From Simkaniaceae bacterium (GTDB lineage Bacteria > Chlamydiota > Chlamydiia > Chlamydiales > Simkaniaceae), in assembly GCA_050248615.1 (NCBI GenBank), contig JBFWSA010000005.1:1843-65842 (forward strand): DNA of 64,000 nucleotides, given 5' to 3'. A program made the translations under genes and the position numbers. Each line of letters begins with the position of its first letter. The first letter of the stretch is position 1. This document shows, piece after piece, positions 13,804-23,295 of this stretch. Under the pieces are notes generated by a model. The model did not search any database. It saw only the letters and a program-made list of their open reading frames with translations, and was not told the origin of the DNA.

Positions 13804-14400
13804 ATGTCAGCTCATCCCGTTTCTATCGGTCTCTCTTTATTTTTTGTTATTAATGTTTTAGGAAATATCCCCCTTTATATTGCTCTACTTGCCCGTTATC
13901 CCATCAAAAAACAACGGATGATCTTAATAAGAGAATTTTCGATTGCTATGGCCATTCTTCTCCTTTTCAATTATTTTGGAGCTAGTATCTTTAGGGTATT
14001 GGGAATTTCAGAAGCGGTTTTAGGGATGGCGGGAGGAATCCTCCTTCTCCTGATTTCTATCACCATGATCTTCCCTAAACATGAGCAGGAAAAGAGCCCT
14101 CAACACGAGCCGATTATCGTTCCTTTAGCTACCCCCGTTATTGCAGGACCTGGTTCGATCACGTCCGTCATGCTTTTTGCCTCTAAAATGGGGGATCTCC
14201 ATCTCATGTCTCTCATCATCATTTGCGCCATTCTGGTCTCCCTTTTGATCGCCCTCGCCTCTTCCTTTTTAAAGTATGGTCTGGGGGAAAAAGGACTCGT
14301 TGCTTTCGAACGCTTAGGGGGAATGATTGTGGCTCTGATCGCGGTTCAAATGTTTGCAACAGGGGCGATTAAAATGGTCAAGGAAAGCTTTAGTATTTAG
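13804..14400 (+). CDS. MarC family (UPF0056) integral membrane protein
   Basis: 198 aa, six hydrophobic helices. NVLGNIPLYIAL and PLATPVIAGPGSITSVM motifs. Confidence 0.8.
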   Translation: MSAHPVSIGLSLFFVINVLGNIPLYIALLARYPIKKQRMILIREFSIAMAILLLFNYFGASIFRVLGISEAVLGMAGGILLLLISITMIFPKHEQEKSPQHEPIIVPLATPVIAGPGSITSVMLFASKMGDLHLMSLIIICAILVSLLIALASSFLKYGLGEKGLVAFERLGGMIVALIAVQMFATGAIKMVKESFSI

Positions 14401-15079
14401 CCCGTTTGATGATCCCTTTCTCCCATAGGGAAACAGCGGAATGGGCCCCTACAATGATGTGGTCATCAAGAGGGATGCCTAAAAGATTTCCCGCTGTCAT
14501 TAAGAGTTGGGTAAGATCAATATCTGCTTGAGAGGGGGTGGGATCTCCACTCGGATGGTTATGGACGATAATCAAACTAAAAGCGCGATGATGTAAGGCT
14601 TGATGAAAAACTTCTCGGGGATGGACCATCACCTCTGAAAGGGTCCCCATCGCGATGATCTCATGATGAAAAACATGTTTTTTTGCATCCCGCATGAGAA
14701 GAGCTAAGACCTCCCGCTTTTCTTTCTGGATTTCGGGAGCAATGAGCCTGTAAGCATCTTGAGGAGAGGCAACCAGACATTTCCCTTCCCCTCCGATGCG
14801 CTGCACCCGCACCCCTAAGGCAAAAGCCGCTTTTAGTTGTGTAGCTTTTGCTTTTCCAATTCCTTTGACCTCGGTAAGCGCTTCTACAGAAGCTCTTGTG
14901 AGAGAGGTGAGATCTCCAAAGTGACTGAGGAGGGTTTCTGCTAAAGACAAGACAGATTGTCCTTTGCGCCCACTTCCTAGACAAATCGCCAAAAGTTCTG
15001 TCAAAGAAAGGGCTTCAGCTCCTCTTAAAAGCAAACGTTCTCTTGGCCTTTCTCCCTCAGGAATTTTCCGTAACATCAA
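14390..15079 (-). CDS. radC: RadC-family JAB/MPN domain protein
   Basis: 229 aa. N-terminal ERPRERLL and HhH region; JAMM motif HNHPSGDPTPSQADI. Confidence 0.9.
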   Translation of the reverse strand: MMLRKIPEGERPRERLLLRGAEALSLTELLAICLGSGRKGQSVLSLAETLLSHFGDLTSLTRASVEALTEVKGIGKAKATQLKAAFALGVRVQRIGGEGKCLVASPQDAYRLIAPEIQKEKREVLALLMRDAKKHVFHHEIIAMGTLSEVMVHPREVFHQALHHRAFSLIIVHNHPSGDPTPSQADIDLTQLLMTAGNLLGIPLDDHIIVGAHSAVSLWEKGIIKRAKY

Positions 15080-16370
15080 TAAGATATCCTTTGACTTTAT
15101 GCTCTAAAGCTGTGGGAATCTCCACCTCTAATAGCACATCATTTTCCTCATAATCTTGTGAAATCACCCGTCCTTCTTTCATCAGCTCGCTAATAATGGC
15201 GTAATCTTTTTGAGGAATGCAAAGCCTGACAATTTTACGTAAGGCTTTAAGGGCATCCATCATCATCTGCATGAGTTCATGAAAACCCTCCCCTGTCAGA
15301 GCAGAGATCCCTACTACACGGGGATACTTCAGCTTATAACGCCCTAAAATGCCCCGTTTCTCCACAAGATCGATTTTATTGAGAACGGTGATAATGGGTT
15401 TATCCTTTGCGCTGAGTTCCCGAAGAACTTCATAGGTCGATTCGGCATGCTCTTCTGCTAAAGGATGGTTCACATCGATTAAGTGGAGCAAAATATCGGT
15501 AAAAACGGCCTCTTCAAGGGTGCTTTTAAAGGCGGCAACGAGGGTATGGGGAATTTTTCTGATAAACCCTACCGTATCTACAAGTAAAATCTCTTGGTGA
15601 TTGGGAAGAGAAAACTTACGCGTCGTGGTATCGAGGGTTGCAAAGAGCTTATCTTCCACAAGAACATCGGCCTGTGTCAGAGCGTGTAAAAGGGTCGATT
15701 TCCCCACATTGGTATACCCTACAATCGCAAAGGTAGGAATGCCACTTCTCACGCGCGCTTGACGTTGCACCTCCCGCTGATGACGCACCTCTTCTATCTC
15801 TTTCTTGAGCTGTGAAATACGATCCCGCACAATCCGACGGTCGAGTTCGATCTGACGTTCCCCTTCCCCTTTAAGGAATCCTTTACCACTCGCTACTTGG
15901 CGTGAAAGGTGGGTCCAAAGTCTTTTTAAGCGGGGCAATTGATATTGGCTTTTGGCAAGCTCAATCTGGAGTTTGGCTTCTTTGGTTTGAGCTCTTTGGG
16001 AAAAAATCTCTAAAATTAGCTCTGTTCGGTCTATGACAGGGCGCTTAAAAATTTTCTCTAAATTGCGTTGTTGATTCGGTGACATTTCATCGTCAAAAAT
16101 CACGATATCTGCACCCAAATCTTCAGCTTTTTGTGAGAGCTCCTCTACTTTTCCACTTCCAAAAAAAGTTGCAGGATCTATCTTACGGATCGAACAGGCT
16201 TCTTTGCCGACAACCTCTAACCCATAGGTTTGAGAAAGAGCTTCTAGTTCATCTAAATGCTCTTTGCAAAGATTAAGTTCGGCTGTCCGCTGGTAGCCCC
16301 CTGCAAGGAGGGCCGTTTTGAGATCGGTAAGCTCATATTTAATGTCTTCGTAGAGTTTATCTTCTGTCAT
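15057..16370 (-). CDS. hflX: GTPase HflX
   Basis: 437 aa. HflX N-terminal domain; G1 GYTNVGKSTL, G3 DTVGF, NKID. Confidence 0.9.
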   Translation of the reverse strand: MTEDKLYEDIKYELTDLKTALLAGGYQRTAELNLCKEHLDELEALSQTYGLEVVGKEACSIRKIDPATFFGSGKVEELSQKAEDLGADIVIFDDEMSPNQQRNLEKIFKRPVIDRTELILEIFSQRAQTKEAKLQIELAKSQYQLPRLKRLWTHLSRQVASGKGFLKGEGERQIELDRRIVRDRISQLKKEIEEVRHQREVQRQARVRSGIPTFAIVGYTNVGKSTLLHALTQADVLVEDKLFATLDTTTRKFSLPNHQEILLVDTVGFIRKIPHTLVAAFKSTLEEAVFTDILLHLIDVNHPLAEEHAESTYEVLRELSAKDKPIITVLNKIDLVEKRGILGRYKLKYPRVVGISALTGEGFHELMQMMMDALKALRKIVRLCIPQKDYAIISELMKEGRVISQDYEENDVLLEVEIPTALEHKVKGYLIDVTENS

Positions 16371-17143
16371 AAAGGAATTTCCAGTCCATCGTAGGCGAGT
16401 GCAAATCCACTAGGCAGCTCTTGGGTTGTTGTTTCATGATGGATTTCATGAGAAATATGAGTGAAATAGGTCTTTTTCGCACCTGTTTTTTTTGAAAAGG
16501 CAATAGCTTCTTCAACACTTAAATGGGCCACCGATTTTTCCCAACGCCTGGCGCTGATAATGAGGGTTTCAATCCCCTTAAGGGATTCAAAAAGGCTCTC
16601 TCCATATTCCATAATATCGGTGACATAGGCTACATTCTTAAAACGAAAACCATTCACTTTCATCCCCACTTGAATATAAGAGAAATAACCTACTTTCAAT
16701 CCTTCAAAAGAGGTCTCTCCTTGATCTCCTTCCAAAACCTGAAATTTCAGTTTTGTTGCATGAATAGCATCTTTTTCATGCGGAGGAAGAAAATAGTGAT
16801 ACCGAATTTTTAGCTCATCCAAGGTCTCTCTAGAGAGTAAACAGGGAATGGGTTTCTTTTGCCGAAAGGTGTAAATGCGGAGTTCATCCAGTCCTGCAAT
16901 ATGATCATAATGGGTATGTGTCAAAAGGAGGGCATCGAGGGAATCAATGTGATGTCTAAGGGCTTGGTGACGAAAATCTGGACCACTATCTACTAAATAA
17001 CGTTTCCCTCCATGGATCAAAAGGATAGAGGGTCGGAGACGGTTATCTTTAGGATCATTGGACTTACAAACTTCGCACGAGCAACCGATGATAGGAACCC
17101 CCATCGACCCCCCCGATCCTAAAAATAAAAGACGATCTTTCAT
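16367..17143 (-). CDS. MBL-fold metallo-hydrolase (PhnP-like)
   Basis: HTHYDHIAGL metal-binding motif. The start MKDRLLFLGSGGS at 17143 forms an ATGA overlap with the upstream gene; the ORF itself is open to 17170. Confidence 0.8.
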   Translation of the reverse strand: MKDRLLFLGSGGSMGVPIIGCSCEVCKSNDPKDNRLRPSILLIHGGKRYLVDSGPDFRHQALRHHIDSLDALLLTHTHYDHIAGLDELRIYTFRQKKPIPCLLSRETLDELKIRYHYFLPPHEKDAIHATKLKFQVLEGDQGETSFEGLKVGYFSYIQVGMKVNGFRFKNVAYVTDIMEYGESLFESLKGIETLIISARRWEKSVAHLSVEEAIAFSKKTGAKKTYFTHISHEIHHETTTQELPSGFALAYDGLEIPL

Positions 17144-18129
17144 GAAACTTCCTCTAGTACACGAGCACACATTTGCATCGCTAGGGCTCTTCCCAAATAG
17201 CTATGGTAGAGAAGGCCCCGGGATCCCATCGCTGTGATCACAAATACTCCCGGCTGCACTTCCCCTACAATGGGATGATAGCGCTTGCGATTGACAACAC
17301 GCATTTCTGCCTTACACCCCAGCACTTCAAAGGCCCCATAAGAGGAAAGGTAAGCATCGACTTGTTTAAAAATTAAATCGGTAGCAATCCCTAAACAGGG
17401 AGTTTCGGTAACATATTCCTGTTCATAGGTGGAACCTAAATAGCAGATCTCTTCGTTTTCACTCAGCGCTAAATACCCTTTTCCAATTAAGCTACTTTTC
17501 AGAGTCCAATAGGAAGGTTTTTTGGTGATTAAAACGTGCCCTTTGTTGCATTTGATAGGAAGGTCTAGACCAAAACGGCGTATGCCCGCTCCTGCACATA
17601 AAACCACCTGATCAAAACCCCCCAAATCTTCGAGGTCAACGTCTTCTCTTGCAAGTTGCGCCCCTAACCTCTCACATACCTCCCAGAGCCCCTTTAAGTA
17701 AAGGGCGGCATGCACAGTCACCCCAGAACGGATAAAAATTCCTGGAAAGGCCCGCCCCCCAGGAATGGATGCCAAACACCTCTTTTCATCCCACCATTCG
17801 ATATCAGCTTCCTTTTCAGCCCTTTCCCTGAGAGCTTTCTGCTGCTTGTCCGTAAGTGCAAGCTTTAATAACCCCGTTTCCTTGTATACCTCGGGCCCTA
17901 CCAATCGCAAAAGCTCGAGCGTCGCTGCCATTGCTTCACGCCCCTTCCAAGAAAAGCGTGCACTTTCTCCGGGAAAAGGGTGTAAAAGCCCCGACGCAAT
18001 GCCAGAAGCACCTCCCCCTACCCCTTTTCCATCGAAAACGGTGATCTCTTTTTCCCCTTCCTCTTTTAAAAGGTGGTAACAAAGGCCCAGCCCCGAAAAG
18101 CCAGCACCCACAATCGCAATTTTTTTCAT
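17140..18129 (-). CDS. FAD-dependent oxidoreductase (DAO family)
   Basis: 329 aa. N-terminal dinucleotide fold KIAIVGAGFSGLG. Confidence 0.75.
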   Translation of the reverse strand: MKKIAIVGAGFSGLGLCYHLLKEEGEKEITVFDGKGVGGGASGIASGLLHPFPGESARFSWKGREAMAATLELLRLVGPEVYKETGLLKLALTDKQQKALRERAEKEADIEWWDEKRCLASIPGGRAFPGIFIRSGVTVHAALYLKGLWEVCERLGAQLAREDVDLEDLGGFDQVVLCAGAGIRRFGLDLPIKCNKGHVLITKKPSYWTLKSSLIGKGYLALSENEEICYLGSTYEQEYVTETPCLGIATDLIFKQVDAYLSSYGAFEVLGCKAEMRVVNRKRYHPIVGEVQPGVFVITAMGSRGLLYHSYLGRALAMQMCARVLEEVS

Positions 18130-18947
18130 ACGTGAGAGTGTTTTTTTTGCATAAGAGCATAACTCTCTACAGCAAAATTAAAAAAGAAAAGAATTCCAGG
18201 AGTGAGAATCGCACAGAACGGAATCATGATAAAAAACCATTGAAGAGCGATGGCCAGCGTTTCCGTTTTCATGAAAAAGTTGACACCTGTAAGGAATGCC
18301 GCGAGCGATAAGATCCCCACGATTAAGAGAAGGGGAACAATCCCTAATAAAAATAGGATGAGATTGGAAAAAAGATTTTGACTAAAGCGGCGGTAAACAT
18401 CCTCTGCAAGTTTCAGTTTAAGTCGAGAGTTTAGCGCAATATGAGGGGTCGCAAAAAATAGGATGAATAAATTAAAAAAACTGAGGACTAAAGACCCCAG
18501 CACCAATAAAAAGGGGCCAAAAGCTAAAACCACCCCTAAAACGTCTCCAAGTGCAGGAATTTCTTTAAGCAAATAGAAAATCCCCATGAGCATCCATAAA
18601 AACAAATAGACAAGCATCAAGGGAAACGTCAAATAGGAAACCCCAATCAAAAGCTCCCAAGATTGACTCAAAATTTTCTTAAAGCTTAGCGGAATCATCT
18701 TGACTTCATGGTGATAGACCCGCGCTAAAACCACCCCTGCAGATAGTAAAAGTCCTGAAGACAAAAATACCGGCAAAAATGTTAGGCTAAGAACCACCCA
18801 TTGCCCTGCGCTTACTGCCAAAGCACGACAAAAAACAAGCATCAACCCGCAGATCACCAAGACAGGAAATAAAAATAGCATCTTCTTCTTCGAAAAAGAA
18901 AACTTCAGCGCGCGATTAAAAATATGCTCTACATCTTCAAATTTCAT
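18126..18947 (-). CDS. hypothetical polytopic membrane protein
   Basis: 273 aa, highly hydrophobic. First gene of the tightly overlapping minus-strand operon 18947..14390. Confidence 0.5.
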   Translation of the reverse strand: MKFEDVEHIFNRALKFSFSKKKMLFLFPVLVICGLMLVFCRALAVSAGQWVVLSLTFLPVFLSSGLLLSAGVVLARVYHHEVKMIPLSFKKILSQSWELLIGVSYLTFPLMLVYLFLWMLMGIFYLLKEIPALGDVLGVVLAFGPFLLVLGSLVLSFFNLFILFFATPHIALNSRLKLKLAEDVYRRFSQNLFSNLILFLLGIVPLLLIVGILSLAAFLTGVNFFMKTETLAIALQWFFIMIPFCAILTPGILFFFNFAVESYALMQKKHSHV

Positions 18948-19017
18948 GAGCTTATCCTACTCCACCCAAAGAATTATTTCAAACACCCTCTTTTAGACGA
19001 TTAAAAAACAAGTTGAT

Positions 19018-19181
19018 TATACTCAAACCAATTTAAAAGTTGGATTTTCGGCTGCGCCAAAGCACCGTAATTTGCTGATCTTACATGACCTCATATTTCT
19101 AATATTATGTCATGTAAGAACGACGAATTCCGAAAGTTTTCGCGTTGCCCCAAAACCAACTTTTAAATTGGCTTGAGTATA
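19018..19181. mobile_element. foldback MITE-like element, family FB-A (164 bp), inverted relative to the other copies
   Basis: TATACTCAAACCAATTTAAAAGTTGG...CCAACTTTTAAATTGGCTTGAGTATA. The interior matches the reverse complement of copies 24193, 26200 and 41651. Confidence 0.85.
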
Positions 19182-19208
19182 TGTACATAAATATATGTAT
19201 ATTGGTAA

Positions 19209-19400
19209 CATGAAAACAAAGAACTTAAAAAGAAGCTTAAAAAATACGGGTGGAGATTGCAACGGCATGGTTCAAACCACGATATTTGGACAAACGGTCT
19301 AATTTCTGAACCAGTGCCTCGCCACAATGAAATCAATGAGCTTCTAGCAAAAAAAACCCTTCAAAAGGCTAAAATAAACCCAGCAGTGAATGAGGGTTAA
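19209..19400 (+). pseudogene. hicA: HicA-like mRNA interferase toxin, start codon out of frame
   Basis: The open frame reads ...ELKKKLKKYGWRLQRHGSNHDIWTNGLISEPVPRHNEINELLAKKTLQKAKI, the HicA/YcfA pattern. The only ATG (19210) is in the +1 frame and stops after 31 codons. A 1-nt indel in an A-run is implied. Confidence 0.6.
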
Positions 19401-19401
19401 T

Positions 19402-19839
19402 ATGGAATTAGATGGTATTATTGAAAAAGCTCCTAAAGGGAAATATTGGGTTATCGAAATTGCAGCTCTAGAACTTATGACTCAAGGAACAAGTAGAAAA
19501 AATGCTTTTTCTATGATTCAAGATGCCGTTCTCGAACTCATAGAATCTTATTTTGGCAAAACGGTTCGAAAAGCTTTAAAACTCTCTATCTATGAACATG
19601 GAAATGAAGGTTTTGGGTTAAGTAGCAATAATAATAAGATTCTTCTCTCTTTAGCCTTAAAAAGGCAAAGAGAGATTAGTGGATTAACAATTAGAGAAGC
19701 AGCTTTGAATTTAGGTTCTAAGTCTCCAAATTCCTACTCTCAATATGAAAAAGGAAAAATCAATATCTCTTTAGATAAATATGAACTGCTTCTTTCTGCC
19801 GCAAACCCTCAGACTACTTGTAGTCTTCGCCTAGGTTGA
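19402..19839 (+). CDS. hicB: HicB-like antitoxin with C-terminal HTH domain
   Basis: N-terminal HicB-like fold (YWVIEIAALELMTQGTSRKNAFSMIQDAV). C-terminal XRE-type HTH (LTIREAALNLGSKSPNSYSQYEKG). GAGGG lies 6 nt before the ATG at 19402, directly after the hicA stop. Confidence 0.7.
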   Translation: MELDGIIEKAPKGKYWVIEIAALELMTQGTSRKNAFSMIQDAVLELIESYFGKTVRKALKLSIYEHGNEGFGLSSNNNKILLSLALKRQREISGLTIREAALNLGSKSPNSYSQYEKGKINISLDKYELLLSAANPQTTCSLRLG

Positions 19840-19852
19840 TTCCAGACGGATC

Positions 19853-19887
19853 TATACTCAAACAACTTTTGAAGTTGGTTGAGTATA
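19853..19887. repeat. short (35 bp) palindromic form of FB-A
   Basis: TATACTCAAACAACTTTTGAAGTTGGTTGAGTATA is nested inside a second inverted repeat (TCCAGACGG...CCGTCTGGA). It lies 14 nt after the hicB stop. Confidence 0.7.
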
Positions 19888-19914
19888 ATGACCCGTCTGG
19901 AATCTATGGATCCA

Positions 19915-20534
19915 CTAAAAAGTAACTTGTGCGGCTAATGAAGTCCTGGCCGACTCCAGTTCACTCTCTACTGTGGATGAGTCATCGGGAGTCTGATCGG
20001 CATAGTTGACATTGTTGTAATACCCCATCCCAAATCCCAAGGATGTATAATAGTCGTTGCAAAAGCCAGACGATTCTCCATTCATGGTATGGATCGCATT
20101 TGTTAAGTCGGTATTGGCACTTAAGGCGGGATAACTCGCTAAAACACTGTTTAACGCGAATTCGAGAATAGGTCTCTATGAGAAGGTTTAGATTTTTGAA
20201 GAGATTTTCAGAAAAATCTGCGAAAGAGATAGCCAAAGCGCTATCTTCGAGCAGTTTTGCCTGGAAAGATCACAAAAAGATAGACGTTCTCATAGAGATC
20301 TAATCCCGAATTTGCGTTGTTTAGCCTATTGAGTGCCTCTCCGATCACCAGTCCGACATTATTGCTGATCCATTCTGTTTTTTCGTAGGAATGGCCATCT
20401 CCTGCATCGATTAAATGATCTCCTAGAGACTTCCGATTCGCCCAAGCTTGTTTAAAGGCGCTTTCCGCATCAGATAGTTGCCCTTCTGCTGCATAGTATT
20501 TCTGTAATACTGGTGGTGGTAGTGGTTGTGACAT
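19915..20534 (-). pseudogene. hypothetical ~149-aa gene split by an FB-B foldback element
   Basis: The N-terminal part MSQPLPPPVLQKYYAAEG...GEALNRLN runs into the element. An unlisted frame downstream reads SVLASYPALSANTDLTNAIHTMNGESSGF...AAQVTF*. Deleting 170 bp (164-bp element plus one copy of TGTTTA) restores one frame. GGGGGA RBS before the ATG at 20534. Confidence 0.7.
20154..20317. mobile_element. foldback MITE-like element, family FB-B copy A (164-bp core)
   Basis: ACGCGAATTCGAG...CGAATTTGCGT, flanked by the direct repeat TGTTTA (20148..20153 and 20318..20323). The central ~100 bp is near-identical to copy B at 62723..62886. Confidence 0.85.
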
Positions 20535-21049
20535 GTGAAATCCCCCATACGGTATGTTTCGTTCCAAAAAAAAATGCCAGCTGGATCAAAAGACCCAACT
20601 GACACCAAAAAAAGGGAAGGTACAAAGTTCTTTTCGTGCGCTTTGAGCGCGTACTGGTCGTGGTCGTAGCATCCGTTATTCTACCGTTGTCGCTTTAGTT
20701 TGAGTTGCTAACGATTGAGAACTAAATCTGTGTTGGGAAATAAAGGAAAGAACGTGATGTTGAAACCCCTTAAAACCCCATTAGTTCACAAACGTTAATA
20801 CTCAAAAAGAGCTTGTTTCTGGTAACTATTCGCTTTCTGTTATTAACTTGTGATAATCTCTCTTTCTAAATGTAATTATAACAAAATTTAATTTATTTTT
20901 AAAATATATTTATAAAATATTTTTTAAACAGCTTAAAACAAACAATTTAAGTCGATTTACTATTAAAATAAAATCTTAAGACTGCATTAAATAAATGATC
21001 TATCTTATTGTTAATGAATAGTTTAAAATAAGCCCTTAAACTTCAAGAA

Positions 21050-22204
21050 TTAAGAGCTCTTATAAATATAACGTGGGCGAACAATAGGAGTCCCTTTCCC
21101 CTCTCTGGCCTCACAACGCTCATAAACGATCTGAATGGCAATCCCTACAGAGCGAGCCAGGCCAAATAAAACCGTATAATAATCAGAATAGGGAAATCCT
21201 GCGGCTGAAAGGAGGGTTCCCGACATGGCATCGACATTGGGATAGGGGTTGGAGATCTTTGGGTTCTCTTTGAGAACCTTAGGCCCTTCAGTACGCAAAA
21301 GGAGGGCCACTTTGACAAGAGGATCATCAGGGAAATGCTCAGACGCATAGTCATAAAAGATCGTTGCCCGGGCATCTTCTGCGCGGAGAACAGCATGACC
21401 AAAACCATAAACCAGTTGATTCGACTGGAGACGCTTCCGAATCAAACTTTCGACTGCTGCAGCCGTAGGATTATCTCCCACTTCTTCTAAAACAGTATGC
21501 ACAAAAGTGAGGCAATCCTGATTGGCTTTTCCATGGCGCGGTCCGGCTAGTCCGCACATTGCCGCACAAATGGAGCCATACATCCCCTCGAGTCCAGAAG
21601 CAACAGCTTTCCCCACAAATGTCGACAGATTCCCCCCTCCATGATCGTAATGGAGGATATTAAATAAACGGAAAACTTCTGCCAACTTCTCTTTTTCAAT
21701 ATCTGGAGCTTGCAACATATAAGCAAAATTTTCCATGTATCCCATCCCTGCATTCGGAGCCGGAGTATCGCCCCATCCTGCGTGGTAATTGATCACAGCA
21801 GCGACTAAGTGTGGAAGTTTAGCAATGAGATTCAAGCAGTCTTCTTTATAGTCCCCTTGACCTTCAAGCATTCCTAAAATCAAAATTGCAGCGGTAAAAA
21901 GCTTCATCGGGTGCCCTTGTCTAGGAAGAGACTCGATGTGCTTAATCACAGCTTGAGAGCAGTGAGCCCGTTTCTTGAGTTCTTGACTGAAATGGGTAAT
22001 ATCTTGAGCACTCCCCTCTTTTCCGTAATAAAGGAGAAAAAGAACGCGTTCGGGTTCCCATAAATAGAGTTCAGAAATCGGCTTACCTCGATAAAACAGT
22101 CCCTTAATCGGGTCCACATAGGAGGTGGTGCAATATCCAACAGGATATCCACGCATTCCAGTTTCTAATTGGTCTTTAGTGACTTGAAATAGTATCTCTT
22201 CCAT
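21050..22204 (-). CDS. gltA: citrate synthase family protein
   Basis: 384 aa. HYDHGGGNLST and GFGHAVLRAEDARA correspond to the citrate synthase catalytic His regions. Confidence 0.85.
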   Translation of the reverse strand: MEEILFQVTKDQLETGMRGYPVGYCTTSYVDPIKGLFYRGKPISELYLWEPERVLFLLYYGKEGSAQDITHFSQELKKRAHCSQAVIKHIESLPRQGHPMKLFTAAILILGMLEGQGDYKEDCLNLIAKLPHLVAAVINYHAGWGDTPAPNAGMGYMENFAYMLQAPDIEKEKLAEVFRLFNILHYDHGGGNLSTFVGKAVASGLEGMYGSICAAMCGLAGPRHGKANQDCLTFVHTVLEEVGDNPTAAAVESLIRKRLQSNQLVYGFGHAVLRAEDARATIFYDYASEHFPDDPLVKVALLLRTEGPKVLKENPKISNPYPNVDAMSGTLLSAAGFPYSDYYTVLFGLARSVGIAIQIVYERCEAREGKGTPIVRPRYIYKSS

Positions 22205-22211
22205 ATGGACC

Positions 22212-23189
22212 TCATTTTAACAAGTGCTTAACAGCATCTCTTTCTTCTAAAAGCTCTTTTTCCGTTAGGGCAATTTTCTCTTTCATCAAAGGATCCCACT
22301 CAAAATCCTCTACAATTTCTACCTTTCCAGGATGCGTCATTTTACAAGGGAAAGAAAAGATCAGTCCCTCTTGAATACCATAAGGATTTCCATCGGAAGG
22401 AATGCAGGAAGAAAAAACTTTAGCGCTTTTATGATAGAGGGCTCCCACACCATCTAAAATCGCATTGGCTGCAGACCCCGCAGAAGATTTCCCTCGCGCA
22501 TTGATCACAGCAGCTCCCCTTTTCTGTACGGTTTCCACGAATTCTTTTTCGAGCCATTTGCGATCGGTAATCACATCTGTTACTTTTTTCCCCTGAATTT
22601 TTGCATTGAGAAAATCGGGAACTTGCGTTGCCGAATGATTTCCCCAAATCACAACATTGTCTACCACATCAACAGAAACGCCCGCTTTCTTTGCAAGTTG
22701 AAATTGAGCCCGATTTTGGTCGAGGCGGGTCATTGCATGAAACTGACTATTGGGAATATCTGGAGCATTATGCATCGCAATTAAGCAGTTTGTGTTGCAG
22801 GGATTCCCCACAACAAAAACAAGAACATCTTTGGCTGCAGCCTTGTTGAGAGCCTGTCCTTGTCCGACAAAAATTTTTCCATTGTCTGTCAGGAGATCTT
22901 TACGCTCCATCCCAGGTCCTCGGGGTTTGGCTCCTACAAGAATTGCCACATTTACATCGCCAAAAACCTCTTCGGGATCACTCCCCACTTTTACCTCTTT
23001 AAGGTGGGGAAACCCACAATCTTCCAATTCCATGACAACCCCTTTTAAGCTCTCAATAGCTTGGGGTACTTCAAGAATATGGAGAGCAATAGGCTCACTC
23101 TTACCAAAAAGTTCTCCGCTAGCAATACGGAAAAGGAGGCTATAAGCAATTTGTCCGCCCCCTCCTGTCACTGCGATCCTTCTGACCAT
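22212..23189 (-). CDS. mdh: malate dehydrogenase (LDH-like/cytosolic type)
   Basis: 325 aa. [17 protein letters not shown] fold, GNPCNTN and WGNHS motifs. Confidence 0.9.
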   Translation of the reverse strand: MVRRIAVTGGGGQIAYSLLFRIASGELFGKSEPIALHILEVPQAIESLKGVVMELEDCGFPHLKEVKVGSDPEEVFGDVNVAILVGAKPRGPGMERKDLLTDNGKIFVGQGQALNKAAAKDVLVFVVGNPCNTNCLIAMHNAPDIPNSQFHAMTRLDQNRAQFQLAKKAGVSVDVVDNVVIWGNHSATQVPDFLNAKIQGKKVTDVITDRKWLEKEFVETVQKRGAAVINARGKSSAGSAANAILDGVGALYHKSAKVFSSCIPSDGNPYGIQEGLIFSFPCKMTHPGKVEIVEDFEWDPLMKEKIALTEKELLEERDAVKHLLK

Positions 23190-23295
23190 GTAAAAAAACT
23201 CCTCTAACTCAATAACCCTATTTAAATCTTTATATCGATATACTACAAGGGAAAATTGGTTTTTTTAAACCTCCTATTTTGGTAGGATCAGGAGT

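Noticed and set aside
20241-20567. ORFs 20241..20567 and 62810..63229 share a C-terminal ...(F/Y)LF(V/A)IF(P/S)GKTARR tail, suggesting a protein family
   Set aside because: The shared tail is simply the translation of the conserved core of the FB-B element. The second ORF otherwise lies antisense inside the well-supported phytase gene.
20830-21049. Extremely AT-rich spacers (also 1980..2166, 9290..9433, 30361..30448, 51720..51802) as a candidate replication origin
   Set aside because: I saw no DnaA-box-like 9-mer clusters and no dnaA/dnaN context. Such AT-rich spacers recur upstream of many genes here and look like ordinary promoter regions.
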